64,000 nucleotides of DNA from Octopus bimaculoides (GCF_001194135.2 NC_068993.1:53517865-53581864); one strand, 5' to 3'. Counted from the stretch's first letter, positions 49,365 to 64,000 are shown. A program made the numbers and translations. The notes: generated by a model from the letters alone, not told the origin.

Positions 49365-51795
49365 CTTTTACTAAATATCAGTCTTTTACTAGTGACGGGC
49401 GTATCTCTTTAGCCATGAGATATGTTATCATACTATCCCCGCTGTAAGTTGTTAACTACGAGCTATTTAGTTTAGATTTATCTAAAGAGGATTATGAAAA
49501 GAACCACACTATTTAATTAAAATTTGGAATAAACTCAAAAATAGAATCTGTACGTACTTTTAGCCTACTTCCGAGTGAAAAATAGTTATGAAATCTAGTT
49601 TATTTGCTTGAGAAAAAACACCCGAACACTAAATAGACCATGTGTTAGACATATTTTTCAAGGATATCTATTTAAGATATTCCAGAACATTTTTTTAAAA
49701 GCTAAGTGCGCTGTTTCAGGGAGAATTCTTGTCAAATAGACCTTTTGCAACAGCTTTATCCTATTTCAAAATCAACCGATCTTCTCACCGTTTCAATGTC
49801 CACTCGATTACTATAATCTGCTTATCAGAATGATGGCCTAATGGGTTACCTCTAATCAGAACGTTGTTATCATATTTCAAAACCTTGGGTATCGGAACAC
49901 CAAGTCGAATTTGATTATTTCCATTTTACCATACCCTGGCCTTTCACCTCATCGGAATACATTAGAAGCTTTCTTAGTATGGTTCTCTTTATGTTAGTCT
50001 TAATGAGTTGTTACTTTAAACTGTCTACCCTCAAGCTCTTGTGTCCTGTGTCCTGTCTTATGCTCCTGTGCCCTGTCTGATCGACCGTCTGTATGCATGT
50101 GTACATATGCTGTGCTTTACGAACGGTCTCCGGGAATAAATTAACTCGTATAATATATCGAGGCATTCTTTACTGTATATGTCTGTCTACTTCACTGTTC
50201 GTCTTTCTGATTCTATACTCTCAGTTTGACTGTCGGACTCTTGTCTGACTCCTCCGTCCTCTCTGTGTGTGTGTGAGTGTGTGTGTGTGTGTGTGCGTGT
50301 GTATTTGAAGTTGCTTCTTTTCTCACCCTCGCAAAGTTTTGTGTCAGAAGTCAATGCCAACAACCATAAACCATAAGTATTTGAGGGCGTGAGCAGTTTT
50401 AGCGGTTGTAGTAATGTCGTTAGCAATAGCAGAAGAAAATAAACAAAAGCATTAAACGTGTAGAAACGGATGGTAAATGCAGCTTAGGAACGTCAGACAA
50501 ATAACTAAACACCGCACTAACTGCCATAGCATATGTTACATGTACACAAAACCTCTTTACTTGCAAAACTAATTTTACCGGAAGTATACTGCAGCCATTT
50601 TTAAACAAACACCATAGTTTCTCTTTATCATTTCTTTTTCTTTTTTTATATCTAAAAGCTAATATCAGATTTCATTGTTTTTATTTGATTTTGCTGTTGT
50701 TGACACTATAGTATTAGGGTTGTTTTAGTTAAATATCTCATTGCAGTCATAGTTATTGTTGTGTCTGGCATCACGTAAGATACTTCCTTATAATAATATA
50801 CCAGTCATTTAGTGCGTCTGTGTTTATATCTTTGCTAAGCTATTAAAATAATTTAAATTCAGTGTTTCTATCCTTCAGTTTTGATAATCTGTTCTATTTC
50901 ACCCAAACAGACACACGTTTCTTCGGTTCATTTCTAAATATAATTCATCTTAATATATGGCTTCCGGTTTAGATGAAATCCATCAAAGGGTCTAGGCGCC
51001 ATAGATATAATATAAACACATCCCCAGGGGTTCAATTTTTTCTTCTAATTTTTAGTAGTTGGGATGCACAAAATCTTACGTTGTGCATTTTTCCTCTGCC
51101 CAATATATTCATACAGTGAATATGTAATAAATAAATACACGTAATAAATAATAATATAATAAATAATAAATACAATTATTAATTATTGCTTTATTTTAGG
51201 CAACTAACCTATGGTGTGCGCATTAATATTTTGTGTGCACTGGTTGCATCCAGCCCAGAGGGAACAATACCCATCTTCTCTCCCTCTCCTCTCTTCCCCC
51301 ACTCTCCCTTCCTCCCCGTCTCTCCCTCTCTCTCTTTATATATGTATGTTTTTCTTCGTTTTGTCACAATCTTTTTTTTTTTGCCGTCCCTCTGTACTTT
51401 TTCATTATACATATATGAAGGCGGTGAGCTGGCAGAAACGTTAGCACGCCGGGCGAAATGCACACACATGCAGACACACACACACGCACACGCACACACA
51501 TGACGTTGATTGGCTCATAAAACACTACCAATCTGCGCATGTCACACTCTTTTCACTTTCCTCATGCATTAATGCAGATCAACACCAAATTCAATCTCCT
51601 CATTAAAACCTCATTAAAACCCGTTTGGCACCCATGAAAGCATGGGAAAGTGGACGTTAAAACGATGATGATGATGATGATGATGATGATTTTATAAATA
51701 AAAATCGGCTGTAGAATTTGAAACACTAACCACACCATATATAATTTGATAGTTCCTATACATTGATGAAAGTTGTTATCGACTCTAATTGATAA

Positions 51796-52128
<333 letters not shown>

Positions 52129-52156
52129 TAACGCATATATATATTTGGTACATACA

Positions 52157-52188
<32 letters not shown>

Positions 52189-52966
52189 CATAAATATTTG
52201 TATGTATCTGTATAAATATACATATTATATATATATATGTATATATGTATATGTATGTATATTATATACAGTTATTATATATATATGTATATGTATATGT
52301 ATATGTGTATATGNNNNNNNNNNNNNNNNNNNNNNNNNNNNNNNNNNNNNNNNNNNNNNNNNNNNNNNNNNNNNNNNNNNNNNNNNNNNNNNNNNNNNNN
52401 NNNNNNNNNNNNNNNNNNNNNNNNNNNNNNCACACACATACATATATAATGATTACAGAGAATGTTGGCTTTCTTTTTAGATTATAACCAAGTTCAGTCC
52501 AGCTGGTTTTTGTCTGTTTATGTTGCCAGAATATACATACATCGAATCACAGAACGCCCTCCACACACACACACGCACACATACATACATACACACACAC
52601 ACAAATACACCCACATACGAGTGCGCGCGCGTAATACCTGTTTACACATATTTGAGAATTAATCCAAACAGATTGAGGCTGTAAAGATGGATGGTAAATT
52701 ATGAAGCATGCGGTTTTTTTAGGTACTCCTTTCGTAATTTTTGAGTTAACCGGCGCAGACAAACAAGCATAGATCCACAAATATTACGCACACACACATA
52801 CACACACACACACTAATACACTACACACACAAATATACCACGCACACATACACGCATATGTAAACATATATACATACTATAAGCACATGCACACAGACAC
52901 ACATATATAAACACATACATAAATACAATGAGCATATATACATATATACTATACAATACACACACG

Positions 52967-53037
<71 letters not shown>

Positions 53038-53614
53038 TCACATATAGATACTATAAGCACATACACATACACACATATATATAAACATATATACATATAT
53101 GTCTATAACCACATGTGCACATATATACATGTATACATGTATGTATATATGTATATGCGCACATGTGCACATATATACAAGTATCCATGTATGTATATAT
53201 GCGTTGTTATATATACGTATATATGTCTGTATGTGCGTACCTCAGGTGTGGTTCGTCCACGCTGGAAACTCACAAGACACAACAAATTCACAAATTCATC
53301 ATAATTATTAAACGTACTCATTAATACAATCATAGTTCGTAATGGAAACATCATGTATTATTATTATGACAGCCGTTCTGGGATAACTGTGCGTACGACG
53401 CACATTTTGTTGCGTCATACAATGGCACAGGGCGTATGGCGGGAAAATGTCAACGTGACCAAACTATTGACCAATGGATGAACGTCATTTCACTGGCGCA
53501 CATCTTATATTCATTTTTGTGGTGTCTTTACGCTTAAAACTTCTATCTTTTACTCTTTTCACTCATTCGACCCCGGCCATGCTGGGGCATCGACTTCGAG
53601 AGTTTCATCGAAAT

Positions 53615-53740
53615 CCACTCACAAAGCTCTGGTCGGCGCGAGGCTATAGTAGAAGACACTTGCCCAATGTGCCACGCAGTGGGACTGAACCTGGAATCAG
53701 GTTGGTAAGCAAGCTACTTACCACATAGTAACTCCCGCGT
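53615..53740 (-). mobile_element. SINE family B head and core
   Basis: aaatccactcacaaagctctggtcgg..agaagacacttgcccaatgtgccacgcagtgggactgaacc. Confidence 0.8.
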
Positions 53741-53927
53741 CTATACATAAATTCTTTAAAGCATTAATTGAAGTTAATCATCCTTATAATTATTGTTTGT
53801 GCAGTGTTATAATTTAGGAGTGATTTGCTTTGAAATTTAAAACTACGCAATGAATAACAAAAGATGAAATCAGGTCGAAAGCATGTTATGTACAAGAACA
53901 GTCAAAAGATGTTCTTGTGCGCTACAG

Positions 53928-53977
<50 letters not shown>

Positions 53978-54602
53978 GTCTATCTATCTATCTATCTATC
54001 TATCTATCAGTTTGTCTGTCTACCTTTATGTCTGTGTGTCTGTCTGTATGTCTGTCTATGTATGTATGTATGTATGTATGTATGTTATCAATCAGTTTCA
54101 TTTCTGTATTTCTTGTCCATAGAGAAAGAGCCGGACTCTAACATAGATTCAAGGCTCCTTCATTGGAACTTTTATCAACATCATCTAGGTATTTGTGCAT
54201 ATGTGTGTGTGTGCAGTATTTGGTGTTAGTGTATGCGCAGATTTGTATGTTTGTTTTATGGATGCNNNNNNNNNNNNNNNNNNNNNNNNNNNNNNNNNNN
54301 NNNNNNNNNNNNNNNNNNNNNNNNNNNNNNNNNNNNNNNNNNNNNNNNNNNNNNNNNNNNNNNNNNNNNNNNNNNNNNNNNNNNNNNNNNNNNNNNNNNN
54401 NNNNNNNNNNNNNNNNNNNNNNNNNNNNNNNNNNNNNNNNNNNNNNNNNNNNNNNNNNNNNNNNNNNNNNNNNNNNNNNNNNNNNNNNNNNNNNNNNNNN
54501 NNNNNNNNNNNNNNNNNNNNNNNNNNNNNNNNNNNNNNNNNNNNNNNNNNNNNNNNNNNNNNNNNNNNNNNNNNNNNNNNNNNNNNNNNNNNNNNNNNNN
54601 NN

Positions 54603-54647
<45 letters not shown>

Positions 54648-54675
54648 GTTTATTAACCTTCTGATATATTCGTAA

Positions 54676-54918
<243 letters not shown>

Positions 54919-55277
54919 TGAGAGAGAAAGGATGTCCGTAATCGTTAGAACTGCAGTGCAGAACCAGTAGTGTTTCAAGTAACTCCTCGGAGTAATGCAG
55001 ACTTGAAATCATATTTAAGACATTGAAATGGCACAAATACTAGTGGAAGGGAATTACGGATTAATTCTGGTGGTAAAGTAGAACGAAAGATGGAGAGTTT
55101 AAGCGTTCGTTTTTATGGTATTTTCAACTTTCATTTCTCATTTTTTTATTTCTCATTTATTTCTCATTTTTTATTTTCATTTAAAGAATGATTTAAAGAA
55201 ACAGAGATCTTATTTGAGAAAAATTGAATTTCTATGTTTAAGCGAAAAATCTGATTGTTGTTAGTAGGAAAACTGAC

Positions 55278-55327
55278 AGCTATAGACATGTTTCGGCCTT
55301 AATAGATCTCATCAGTCAAGCATAGCC
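55278..55327 (-). ncRNA. Minimal type-I hammerhead ribozyme-like motif, antisense in tubulin intron 5
   Basis: Minus strand reads GGCUAUG-CUUGA-CUGAUGA-GAUCU-AUUA-AGGCC-GAAA-C-AU-G-UC-UAUAGCU: intact core, GUC triplet and palindromic ACAUGU helix III; helices I and II are imperfect. Confidence 0.55.
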
Positions 55328-55857
55328 TTCTCAAACTTTGCTTTTTTGAAAGAACAGCGATTTTTACATATAAAAAAAAGGGTTACGAAGAATTTTGGTC
55401 GTGCCCCAGCATGGTCACAGTCTTTAGACTGAAACACATTAAGGAATAAAATAAGAAAAAAATACATTAGCTGGACCAATCTAGATTCTTCAGATAAATG
55501 TATTTAGTCGCAGAGAGAAAATAAATGCTATAATGGCAACAATTTAGTGATTTTCAGAGAACAGGAGGAAGTAATTTCTTACATCATTGGGGGTAAAGCT
55601 AGGAAACTCCCAATAATGTTTTCATCGACCTTGATTAGACTTGAACTGAGAAAATAGAGGGGCAGAACTAAATGGTTGCTTACACACCGCCAAATCGATT
55701 TTGGAATCTAATAATCACTTCCACACAAAGGTTTTACCAAAATTTCAGTCACAAAGCGTTTCTGTCATGTTTCCCGTCCGTTTTCGTCAAATCACATGCT
55801 GTTAGTTAAATGATCGAATCAAAATTTATCTTGTTGTCTTGTTTATTACTAAACGTT

Positions 55858-55893
<36 letters not shown>

Positions 55894-57356
55894 ACTGCTG
55901 TTGTTGTGGTTGTTGTTGCTGCGTAGTCCCACAAGGTATGTCTGGTAAGAGAGATATCATGCGGTAATCCAACTAACCCAAAGTATGTCTGATCGGACGT
56001 ACCTTGTGGTAGTTGACTGAATGTCTTGGTTGATTGTAGGTGGTCTTGTATGGAAGAATGAATATGTACTCTCTCCACTGTCCAGTTTGTTGTTTTTACT
56101 GCCAACTCACCACTAATATAACAGATATATGGTCAAAGTTGTTAAGGAATTGACCATCATGTCTTTGTTTGTTTGTTTTTTGCATATCTAGGACTAAATT
56201 GTCAAATGTTCCTTCTGTTTTAAGGCGGTATGGTATAGTTTGAGGGAGACTTGACTGTTTTTCTAGCAGGTCGAAATTTCAAGCCTTGTGCCTATAGTAG
56301 AAAGGATAATTAAGAATTAGCGTTCAAATATATTTTGAACGCTTCAGCGAAATCGAAAAAGAGTATAATTTTCATGGAACAAACCTTCCTGCTTCTCACC
56401 AATGCCCACCATCAGCAAAGAGCCCACCCTAAGGATGTCAGAGATAACGGCGTATTTATGGAAGAAAGTGTATGTAAAACGAGAAACAAGACTTGTGTTA
56501 TTTCAGATGGCAGCTAACTGCGAGATGCGGTCTAACACCAGCACCGTTGCTACGGAGCGTATATGTTGGGTGAGGGAATAATTAAAGCAACAACGACTAG
56601 CCTCTCCCTTACCTGGGTACGAACGCTCTACTATACTGTTAGTGGCTCTGTTATGTTGATATATAACTTTGTTTTGTTAAGAGTTTGTAAAAGAAAAGAA
56701 NNNNNNNNNNNNNNNNNNNNNNNNNNNNNNNNNNNNNNNNNNNNNNNNNNNNNNNNNNNNNNNNNNNNNNNNNNNNNNNNNNNNNNNNNNNNNNNNNNNN
56801 NNNNNNNNNNNNNNNNNNNNNNNNNNNNNNNNNNNNNNNNNNNNNNNNNNNNNNNNNNNNNNNNNNNNNNNNNNNNNNNNNNNNNNNNNNNNNNNNNNNN
56901 NNNNNNNNNNNNNNNNNNNNNNNNNNNNNNNNNNNNNNNNNNNNNNNNNNNNNNNNNNNNNNNNNNNNNNNNNNNNNNNNNNNNNNNNNNNNNNNNNNNN
57001 NNNNNNNNNNNNNNNNNNNNNNNNNNNNNNNNNNNNNNNNNNNNNNNNNNNNNNNNNNNNNNNNNNNNNNNNNNNNNNNNNNNNNNNNNNNNNNNNNNNN
57101 NNNNNNNNNNNNNNNNNNNNNNNNNNNNNNNNNNNNNNNNNNNNNNNNNNNNNNNNNNNNNNNNNNNNNNNNNNNNNNNNNNNNNNNNNNNNNNNNNNNN
57201 NNNNNNNNNNNNNNNNNNNNNNNNNNNNNNNNNNNNNNNNNNNNNNNNNNNNNNNNNNNNNNNNNNNNNNNNNNNNNNNNNNNNNNNNNNNNNNNNNNNN
57301 NNNNNNNNNNNNNNNNTTTAGAGGACTTAGGTTCCGAAACGTTGTTAATATTTTGA

Positions 57357-57450
57357 AGGACACCGCCGAGGTCGACTTTGCCTTTCGTGCTTTCAGAATC
57401 GATAAATTAAGCACCGGTTGCATACTGGAGTTGATCTAATCGACTGCGTT

Positions 57451-57491
<41 letters not shown>

Positions 57492-57742
57492 TCGGGCCTT
57501 GTGCCTAGAGTAGAAAAGAATATTTTGAAGGGCCAGCTGGCAGAATCGTTAGCATGCCGGACAAAATGCTTAGCGGCATTTCATCCATCTTTACGCTCTG
57601 AGTTCAAATTCCGCCGCGGTTGACTCTGCCTTTCATTCTTTCAGCGTCGATAAAACAAGTACCAGTTGTGTACTAGGGCTGATGTAATCGATTTACTCCT
57701 TCCCACGAAATTGCTGATTTTGTACCAAAATTTGAAATCAAT
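57357..57742 (+). mobile_element. Two tandem SINE family A copies (the first interrupted by (CA)n)
   Basis: Core gaggtcgactttgcctttc..aagcaccggttg at about 57370 and a second head gccagctggcagaatcgttagc at about 57533. Confidence 0.8.
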
Positions 57743-58692
57743 TTTAGTTTTACTCTTTTTGTAATAAACCAACAAAAAAAAAAAATCGTTCATCAGCAGG
57801 ACTCAGTTATCATCTGCTCCAGTTTGTGTTTGTAATTAGTTGGAAGAATTAAGGTTACCAGAGGGCAGCACAGAATACATCAGTTGTCAAGCATATAAAG
57901 ATCTAATCTTCGCGTTATTAGGGGTATCACATATCTCCACTGCCATGCTGTATTGGTAGTCATGTGTGTGTGCGCATGCGTGTATATATGTGTGTGAGAG
58001 AAGAGAGTAAGAGTAAGAGAGAAAAGGAAGTGGTAGGATAGGAATGGATAATACGGTTGGTCACGTGTCATTTTAAGATCCTAGAAAATGTAAACAGCAT
58101 GATGGTAAGAACATTACAATGTCGCTTGGTTTACATTTCGACGCTGTTATAGTATATTGACACTAATCAACTAATCTCCTAACTTCTATATGTAGGGTGA
58201 GTGGTGGGGAGAGTGTACAAGATAGAATATCGTCTTGAGGGTGGCGGAGGGAAGGGATTGGTTTTCATTCATTTTGTTGACCGCCCCCCCCCCCACCAAC
58301 CGAAGATGGTGATGTGAGAATCCGGTTGGGCAAAAAACGAGGTCAGGCTACTGTCCCTTAGTCATGGGGTCCTTTCATAAATCTCGTTTTCCCTGGGTCT
58401 GAAGAAGCATTCATTTCTCTTATTGTTTATTCAGGGTGGGAAGGGTAGCACCGGAGACTTTTATTCGTATCGGGACTCCCAGTGATTGATGGGAAGAAGG
58501 AAGAAAGAAAGGAATGAAGGAAGGAAATTGTCTTCAAACTGGAGACCTTGTCTGCATGTTTGCAGCAGAGTGAATTCCACAAAAGGCTGGCAAGAATCAA
58601 GAATTTGTTAAAGCGGGAAACCCAAGAACACAGATTAAAAAGGGCCGGAACAACTACCGCTGTGTATTTTACCCAATTCCGTAAAATTTTGC

Positions 58693-58920
58693 CAGGAGTG
58701 GCTGTGTGGTAAGTAGCTTGCTTACCAAACACATGGTTCCGGGTTCAGTCCCACTGCGTGGCATCTTGGGCAAGTGTCTTCTACTATAGCCTCAGGCCAA
58801 CCAAAGCCTTGTGAGTGGATTTGGTAGACGGAAACTGAAAGAAGCCCGTCGTATATATGTGTGTGCAGAAACGTTAACACGCCGGACGAAATGCTTAGCG
58901 GTATTTCGTCTGTCTTTACG
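58693..58920 (+). mobile_element. SINE family B head and core followed by a family A head fragment
   Basis: ggagtggctgtgtggtaagtagcttgc..cactgcgtggcatcttgggcaagtgtcttc..gaaagaagcccgtcg, then gcagaaacgttaacacgccggacgaaatgc. Confidence 0.8.
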
Positions 58921-59723
58921 TTTTTTTTTTGTGAAGGATCGGCGCTTTATTGGAATGATACATTTTCTAATAGAACACGAAAAAATACTACATAAAGATA
59001 GGATAAGCACNNNNNNNNNNNNNNNNNNNNNNNNNNNNNNNNNNNNNNNNNNNNNNNNNNNNNNNNNNNNNNNNNNNNNNNNNNNNNNNNNNNNNNNNNN
59101 NNNNNNNNNNNNNNNNNNNNNNNNNNNNNNNNNNNNNNNNNNNNNNNNNNNNNNNNNNNNNNNNNNNNNNNNNNNNNNNNNNNNNNNNNNNNNNNNNNNN
59201 NNNNNNNNNNNNNNNNNNNNNNNNNNNNNNNNNNNNNNNNNNNNNNNNNNNNNNNNNNNNNNNNNNNNNNNNNNNNNNNNNNNNNNNNNNNNNNNNNNNN
59301 NNNNNNNNNNNNNNNNNNNNNNNNNNNNNNNNNNNNNNNNNNNNNNNNNNNNNNNNNNNNNNNNNNNNNNNNNNNNNNNNNNNNNNNNNNNNNNNNNNNN
59401 NNNNNNNNNNNNNNNNNNNNNNNNNNNNNNNNNNNNNNNNNNNNNNNNNNNNNNNNNNNNNNNNNNNNNNNNNNNNNNNNNNNNNNNNNNNNNNNNNNNN
59501 NTATATATATATACATATATATGTATTTATATATTAGAACTTACGATCAACATTTGTTCTGTATTTCATAACTAGTAATTGAACTACGTATAGAAGCTGT
59601 TTGTCACTCTATTGGAAGGAGACTGCTGGATGATGATAATCTACATGGAGCTCTAAATATAGCATTGACACTCATACTTGCATTTGTACACACAAAATAT
59701 ACATATACATACATACACATACG

Positions 59724-59764
<41 letters not shown>

Positions 59765-60632
59765 GTATGCATGCATGTATGTGTGTGTCTATATGTACAT
59801 GTGTGTATATATATATATATATATATATTTGTACATACTGACATATTTATTTACACACACACACACACGTACACATACACACACACACACATTCAGATTA
59901 ATCTTCGCTTCTTTGTTTTTGCTTCAAGAAATCCAACAATTCTTTTCAAAATACAACGGTCTTTGAATTCCTCGCACATTTTCCCCCTTAAGAATTAGAC
60001 AGAAAGCTTCTATTTCAGAAAATTTCCTTTGATTTCCAACCAACTCCTTTGAGAACGTGTTATTCGCTAAAAAANNNNNNNNNNNNNNNNNNNNNNNNNN
60101 NNNNNNNNNNNNNNNNNNNNNNNNNNNNNNNNNNNNNNNNNNNNNNNNNNNNNNNNNNNNNNNNNNNNNNNNNNNNNNNNNNNNNNNNNNNNNNNNNNNN
60201 NNNNNNNNNNNNNNNNNNNNNNNNNNNNNNNNNNNNNNNNNNNNNNNNNNNNNNNNNNNNNNNNNNNNNNNNNNNNNNNNNNNNNNNNNNNNNNNNNNNN
60301 NNNNNNNNNNNNNNNNNNNNNNNNNNNNNNNNNNNNNNNNNNNNNNNNNNNNNNNNNNNNNNNNNNNNNNNNNNNNNNNNNNNNNNNNNNNNNNNNNNNN
60401 NNNNNNNNNNNNNATAATCGCTAAAATAAAGGTTAATACCAGCGCAATGTATTGCTTCATTCCTCGTCTACCTGTCGACATGGTGGAAAGTGAGACCAGC
60501 TATGTCTTCGCTTACATCTCAAACCTTCTAAAAATAAATCTGTTACCTAATGTTTAGTCAACAGTACCTTGTTGACCTGAATTCTAGTGACAAAAGACCA
60601 TACAATTTAAAAATATATGTGTGCATGCTTGC

Positions 60633-60698
<66 letters not shown>

Positions 60699-60854
60699 CC
60701 TTAGAGGAAATTTATAAACATTTAATGCATCGCTACGCGCGTTTCCACAAAATCACATGACACTTAAGATCACAATCCGTAGTTCTGGGATGATTACAGT
60801 GCAGTCCATAGTATCCGAGGGTATCCGGTTGATCATCTCCATGGATTCATTTCT

Positions 60855-61198
60855 TCAGGTGATCAACGGAACAGCCTGCTCTTGAAATTAACGTGCAAAT
60901 AGTTGAGCACTCCGCAGACACATGTACCCTTAACGTCGTTCTCAGGGAGATTCAGTGTGGCACAGAGTGTGTCAAGGCTGGCCCTTTGAAATACAGGTAC
61001 TACAGAAACAGGAAGAAAGAGTGAGAGAAGATTGTGGTGAAAGAGTACAGCAGGGTTCGTCACCACCCCCTGCCGGAGCCTCATGGAGCTTTAGGTGCTT
61101 TGGCTCAATAAACACTCACAACGCCCGGTCTGGAATCGACACCGCAGTCCTACGACCGCGAGTCCGCTGCTCTAACCACTGGGCCATTGCACCTCCAC
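60855..61198 (-). mobile_element. tRNA-derived SINE family C copy
   Basis: Minus-strand head ggaggtgcaatggcccagtggttagagcagcgg..ggtgtcgattccagacc with A and B boxes. Confidence 0.8.
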
Positions 61199-61332
61199 AC
61201 ATACACATTGGGTAATACAATGTCAAGTGCATTTGTTTCTTTTTATATGTTGTATAAATATGTCATAATCTGACTCGATGCCTGCTGTTTGTTCTATTAT
61301 ACATACAAAAAGCATACATACATACATATAAG

Positions 61333-61367
<35 letters not shown>

Positions 61368-62368
61368 TCGTGTAATTGCGTATTTAATTGAGAAAAAACA
61401 ACAAAAAATAGTATTTTAAGAATAGTCTAATAGCAAAGCTGCCATCAAAATCAACATTTAAAGTTTTGTTAACATTATATAGTAAGCAAAAAAAAGGTGG
61501 GGGGGGGCGGAAAAAAAGAAAAAAGGAAGAAAGAAAGAAAAAGAAAATCTTGCACTATATCACATAAAAAAGACAATTATTAGGTTAATTTGGTAATGTC
61601 TTTTGTGGGAAGGGTTCGTCGCTTAGGAATATCTTACTGATAACACTATAACGATTCATATATATATGTATATATGTATATATATACAAGAGCGCTTATC
61701 TCATGCTATCGTATCTCTTTCGTACATGACTTCCCGCCAGTTTCTCTTCCTATTTCAAAAGTAATTTGTGTTAAACAATTTAGTTTCGTTCAGCAGTCAT
61801 GTTTCTTGTCAGGAGATTGTATGCATTTTATTTACTGTGTATTTCATTTGCGACCCGACAAAAAGTTAGCTGTTATCATCCTTCATTTCACACGCAGCCC
61901 CTCACGGCATAACTAACATACGTCTTTCCTTCTTTGCTTTGCTTAATTGCAGATTAGCACTAACTTCCTTGAATTCTACTGATTACAGTTTACTATTGCC
62001 GAAGGATGCAAACTAGTTGGGTAGATAAGTTTGTGGCTCAACCAGCCCACGTATTCTGATTTCAAATCAGCCACATACGTTTTGTTTTCTTCGTCATTGG
62101 ACAGGGAATCTAGCTTGTAGATAACGTGTTTCCTTTTTATTAGATTCAGCCATTTGATAGCGGCCATACAAGGATTCCGATTATATTGTTCAACTACTTT
62201 GTCTAATATTTATTCCATCGTTCTCTTTAGATATGAAATACAATCTGGACATCGGCATAAAGGGAGCTTGCTCAACCCGACACTATTATCGGTAGATATT
62301 TCTGTTTGTGAATGTACTGGTTCTCACCCTTTGATTATATAAATACACAGAACACACACACACACACA

Positions 62369-62402
<34 letters not shown>

Positions 62403-62586
62403 NNNNNNNNNNNNNNNNNNNNNNNNNNNNNNNNNNNNNNNNNNNNNNNNNNNNNNNNNNNNNNNNNNNNNNNNNNNNNNNNNNNNNNNNNNNNACACAC
62501 ACACGTGCACGTATGTACCAAAGTTTTCCGTGCAATTTCCATCGATAAGGCGCACGTCAGCTCGCTGCCATATCGATAATAATATT

Positions 62587-62740
62587 GGTTTCAAATTTTG
62601 GCTCAAGGGAGGGGGTAAATTAATTGCATCGACCCCAGTGCTCAACTGGTACTTATTTTATCAACCCTGAAGGATAAAAGGCGAAGTCGACCTCTGTGGA
62701 ATTTGAACTCAGAACGTAAAGACAGACGAAATACCGCCAA
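62587..62740 (-). mobile_element. SINE family A copy
   Basis: atcgaccccagtgctcaactggtacttattttatc..gtcgacctctgtggaatttgaactcagaacgtaaag. Confidence 0.85.
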
Positions 62741-64000
62741 GCTTTAACTAATGCTGCGACCAGCAAGAATACTGCACGAAATAATTTCCGGAATTAATAA
62801 AGGTACTTTTGAGTTATCTATTCTATTGAAAATCTGTACAGATAACCTAAAAGAGATTAAATCGCCCAGCTAACACAAAAAGTAAACATAGCATTGACTT
62901 ACAAACTTTAATATACTTAGTACTTAATATACTTGCAAAACGCAATACGCTGTTGCTACGAGTAAAAGTTTGGAAAACTGGCTAAATCTAACAGAGCATT
63001 TCATTTTCATGTCTAGTTGGACACCATCTTTGTTTGAATGCTAACAGCACTTCATCCATATTGCTCTAGTTCATAATTTGAGTCCTTTCTGACGTTGATC
63101 ACATATATCTGAAACTCCATGATTTATTTCATACTTCCCAGGCAACTTCTGTGCAATACCGGTTCGTACTTTCATACTTCGGTTGTGTCTGTTTATGAAA
63201 CAATAACTCCAAAATGAAGACTCGGTAACATAACTGCTGCTAGTTTTCTTTCTTTTTTTTTCTGTTAATCTCCTTGGCTTGCATAATATCATCTTTATTG
63301 AGATTATATGCCCACCATACATCGTTGATTGCGTATCTTTAATTTTCAAACTTGCTCTGTTGAGAAATTTGCTTCTTTTTGACGTCCTCCTTGTTTTTCC
63401 CCCCTTCTCGTTTTCTTTAGTACCACCCATTGTTTTCTTTATTCCCAAATCATTGTCTTCTTTTCAGTTGGTCGTGGTCTGTCACTCAGCTGCCCAGTGT
63501 TGTTCAGCATATTCCACGGCTTGTAAATCGTAACTAATTATGTATGTTTGTCTTCTCCGCTTAATTACCATTGTATAGCGTCGTAGACGGTGTATTGTCA
63601 GCTGAATAACTAAACTGACAATCAACAGATGGCGTCTACTTCGGTGGTACTTCTGTCAGGTTCTAAAGGCGCGTGAGACGTCATCATTGTCGATTCTCCA
63701 TAAACCAAGCATAGCAAATGCGGTTTTGCTACCAGTGTCTGTAAACTCTTGTTAACCATCACCAATGCATTAAAAAAAATCAACTCGTTACAGTAACCAT
63801 GGTACTGAGATATGTTAATTATATGTGAATTGTAGCTGTAGGCTTGTATTACGAGAATGAAGTTCTTGTGACCTTGCTGTCAAATTCTACGCTTTAGCTA
63901 GGTCTTTTAGTGATAAGAGGCTATGCGATTTGGGGGATTTTTTTTTTCTGGAACCGGACGGTACAATAAATGTTTAACCGGATGTCATGGTATAAGATAC

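Noticed and set aside
47972-49374. ORFs of 350-430 aa in the track (similarly at 5330-6339, 23064-23940, 37160-37996 and 56563-57423)
   Set aside because: Read-through of N gaps; only 47982-48092 (tubulin exon 3) is real coding sequence.
61090-61198. Possible tRNA gene (A and B boxes on the minus strand); similar heads at 16600, 19924 and 33440
   Set aside because: No complete cloverleaf or acceptor stem, and each continues into a shared SINE body.
63596-63612. gtcagctgaat, which looks like the start of beta-tubulin exon 6 (GQLN)
   Set aside because: No AG acceptor in front and an in-frame stop two codons later.

Overview
AT-rich, microsatellite-dense animal genomic DNA with many N gaps. 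The SINE and MITE repertoire points to an octopod cephalopod (inference). Two multi-exon genes lie on the + strand. (1) The 3' part of a MOSPD2-like gene: 8 coding exons at 6916-18686 that splice in frame to give linker, MSP domain and C-terminal TM helix; the CRAL-TRIO exons are not visible. (2) The 5' part of a beta-tubulin gene: 5 exons at 28527-54901 covering residues 1-244, with a 17.6-kb first intron and a divergent GGGTGAGLG signature loop; exon 6 is not visible. The rest is mostly tRNA-derived SINEs (roughly 30 copies or fragments of one family), hAT, mariner, piggyBac-type and pogo remnants and MITEs, an RTE LINE fragment and simple repeats. Nearly all ORFs in the supplied track are microsatellite or N-gap artefacts. 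The most interesting signals are two minimal hammerhead-ribozyme-like motifs: one inside a tRNA-headed SINE downstream of the MOSPD2 stop codon and one antisense in tubulin intron 5. Also notable are a mariner relic with a fold-back inversion giving a perfect 32-bp inverted repeat, and inverted SINE pairs close to exons that could be ADAR substrates. No intact novel protein-coding system was found.
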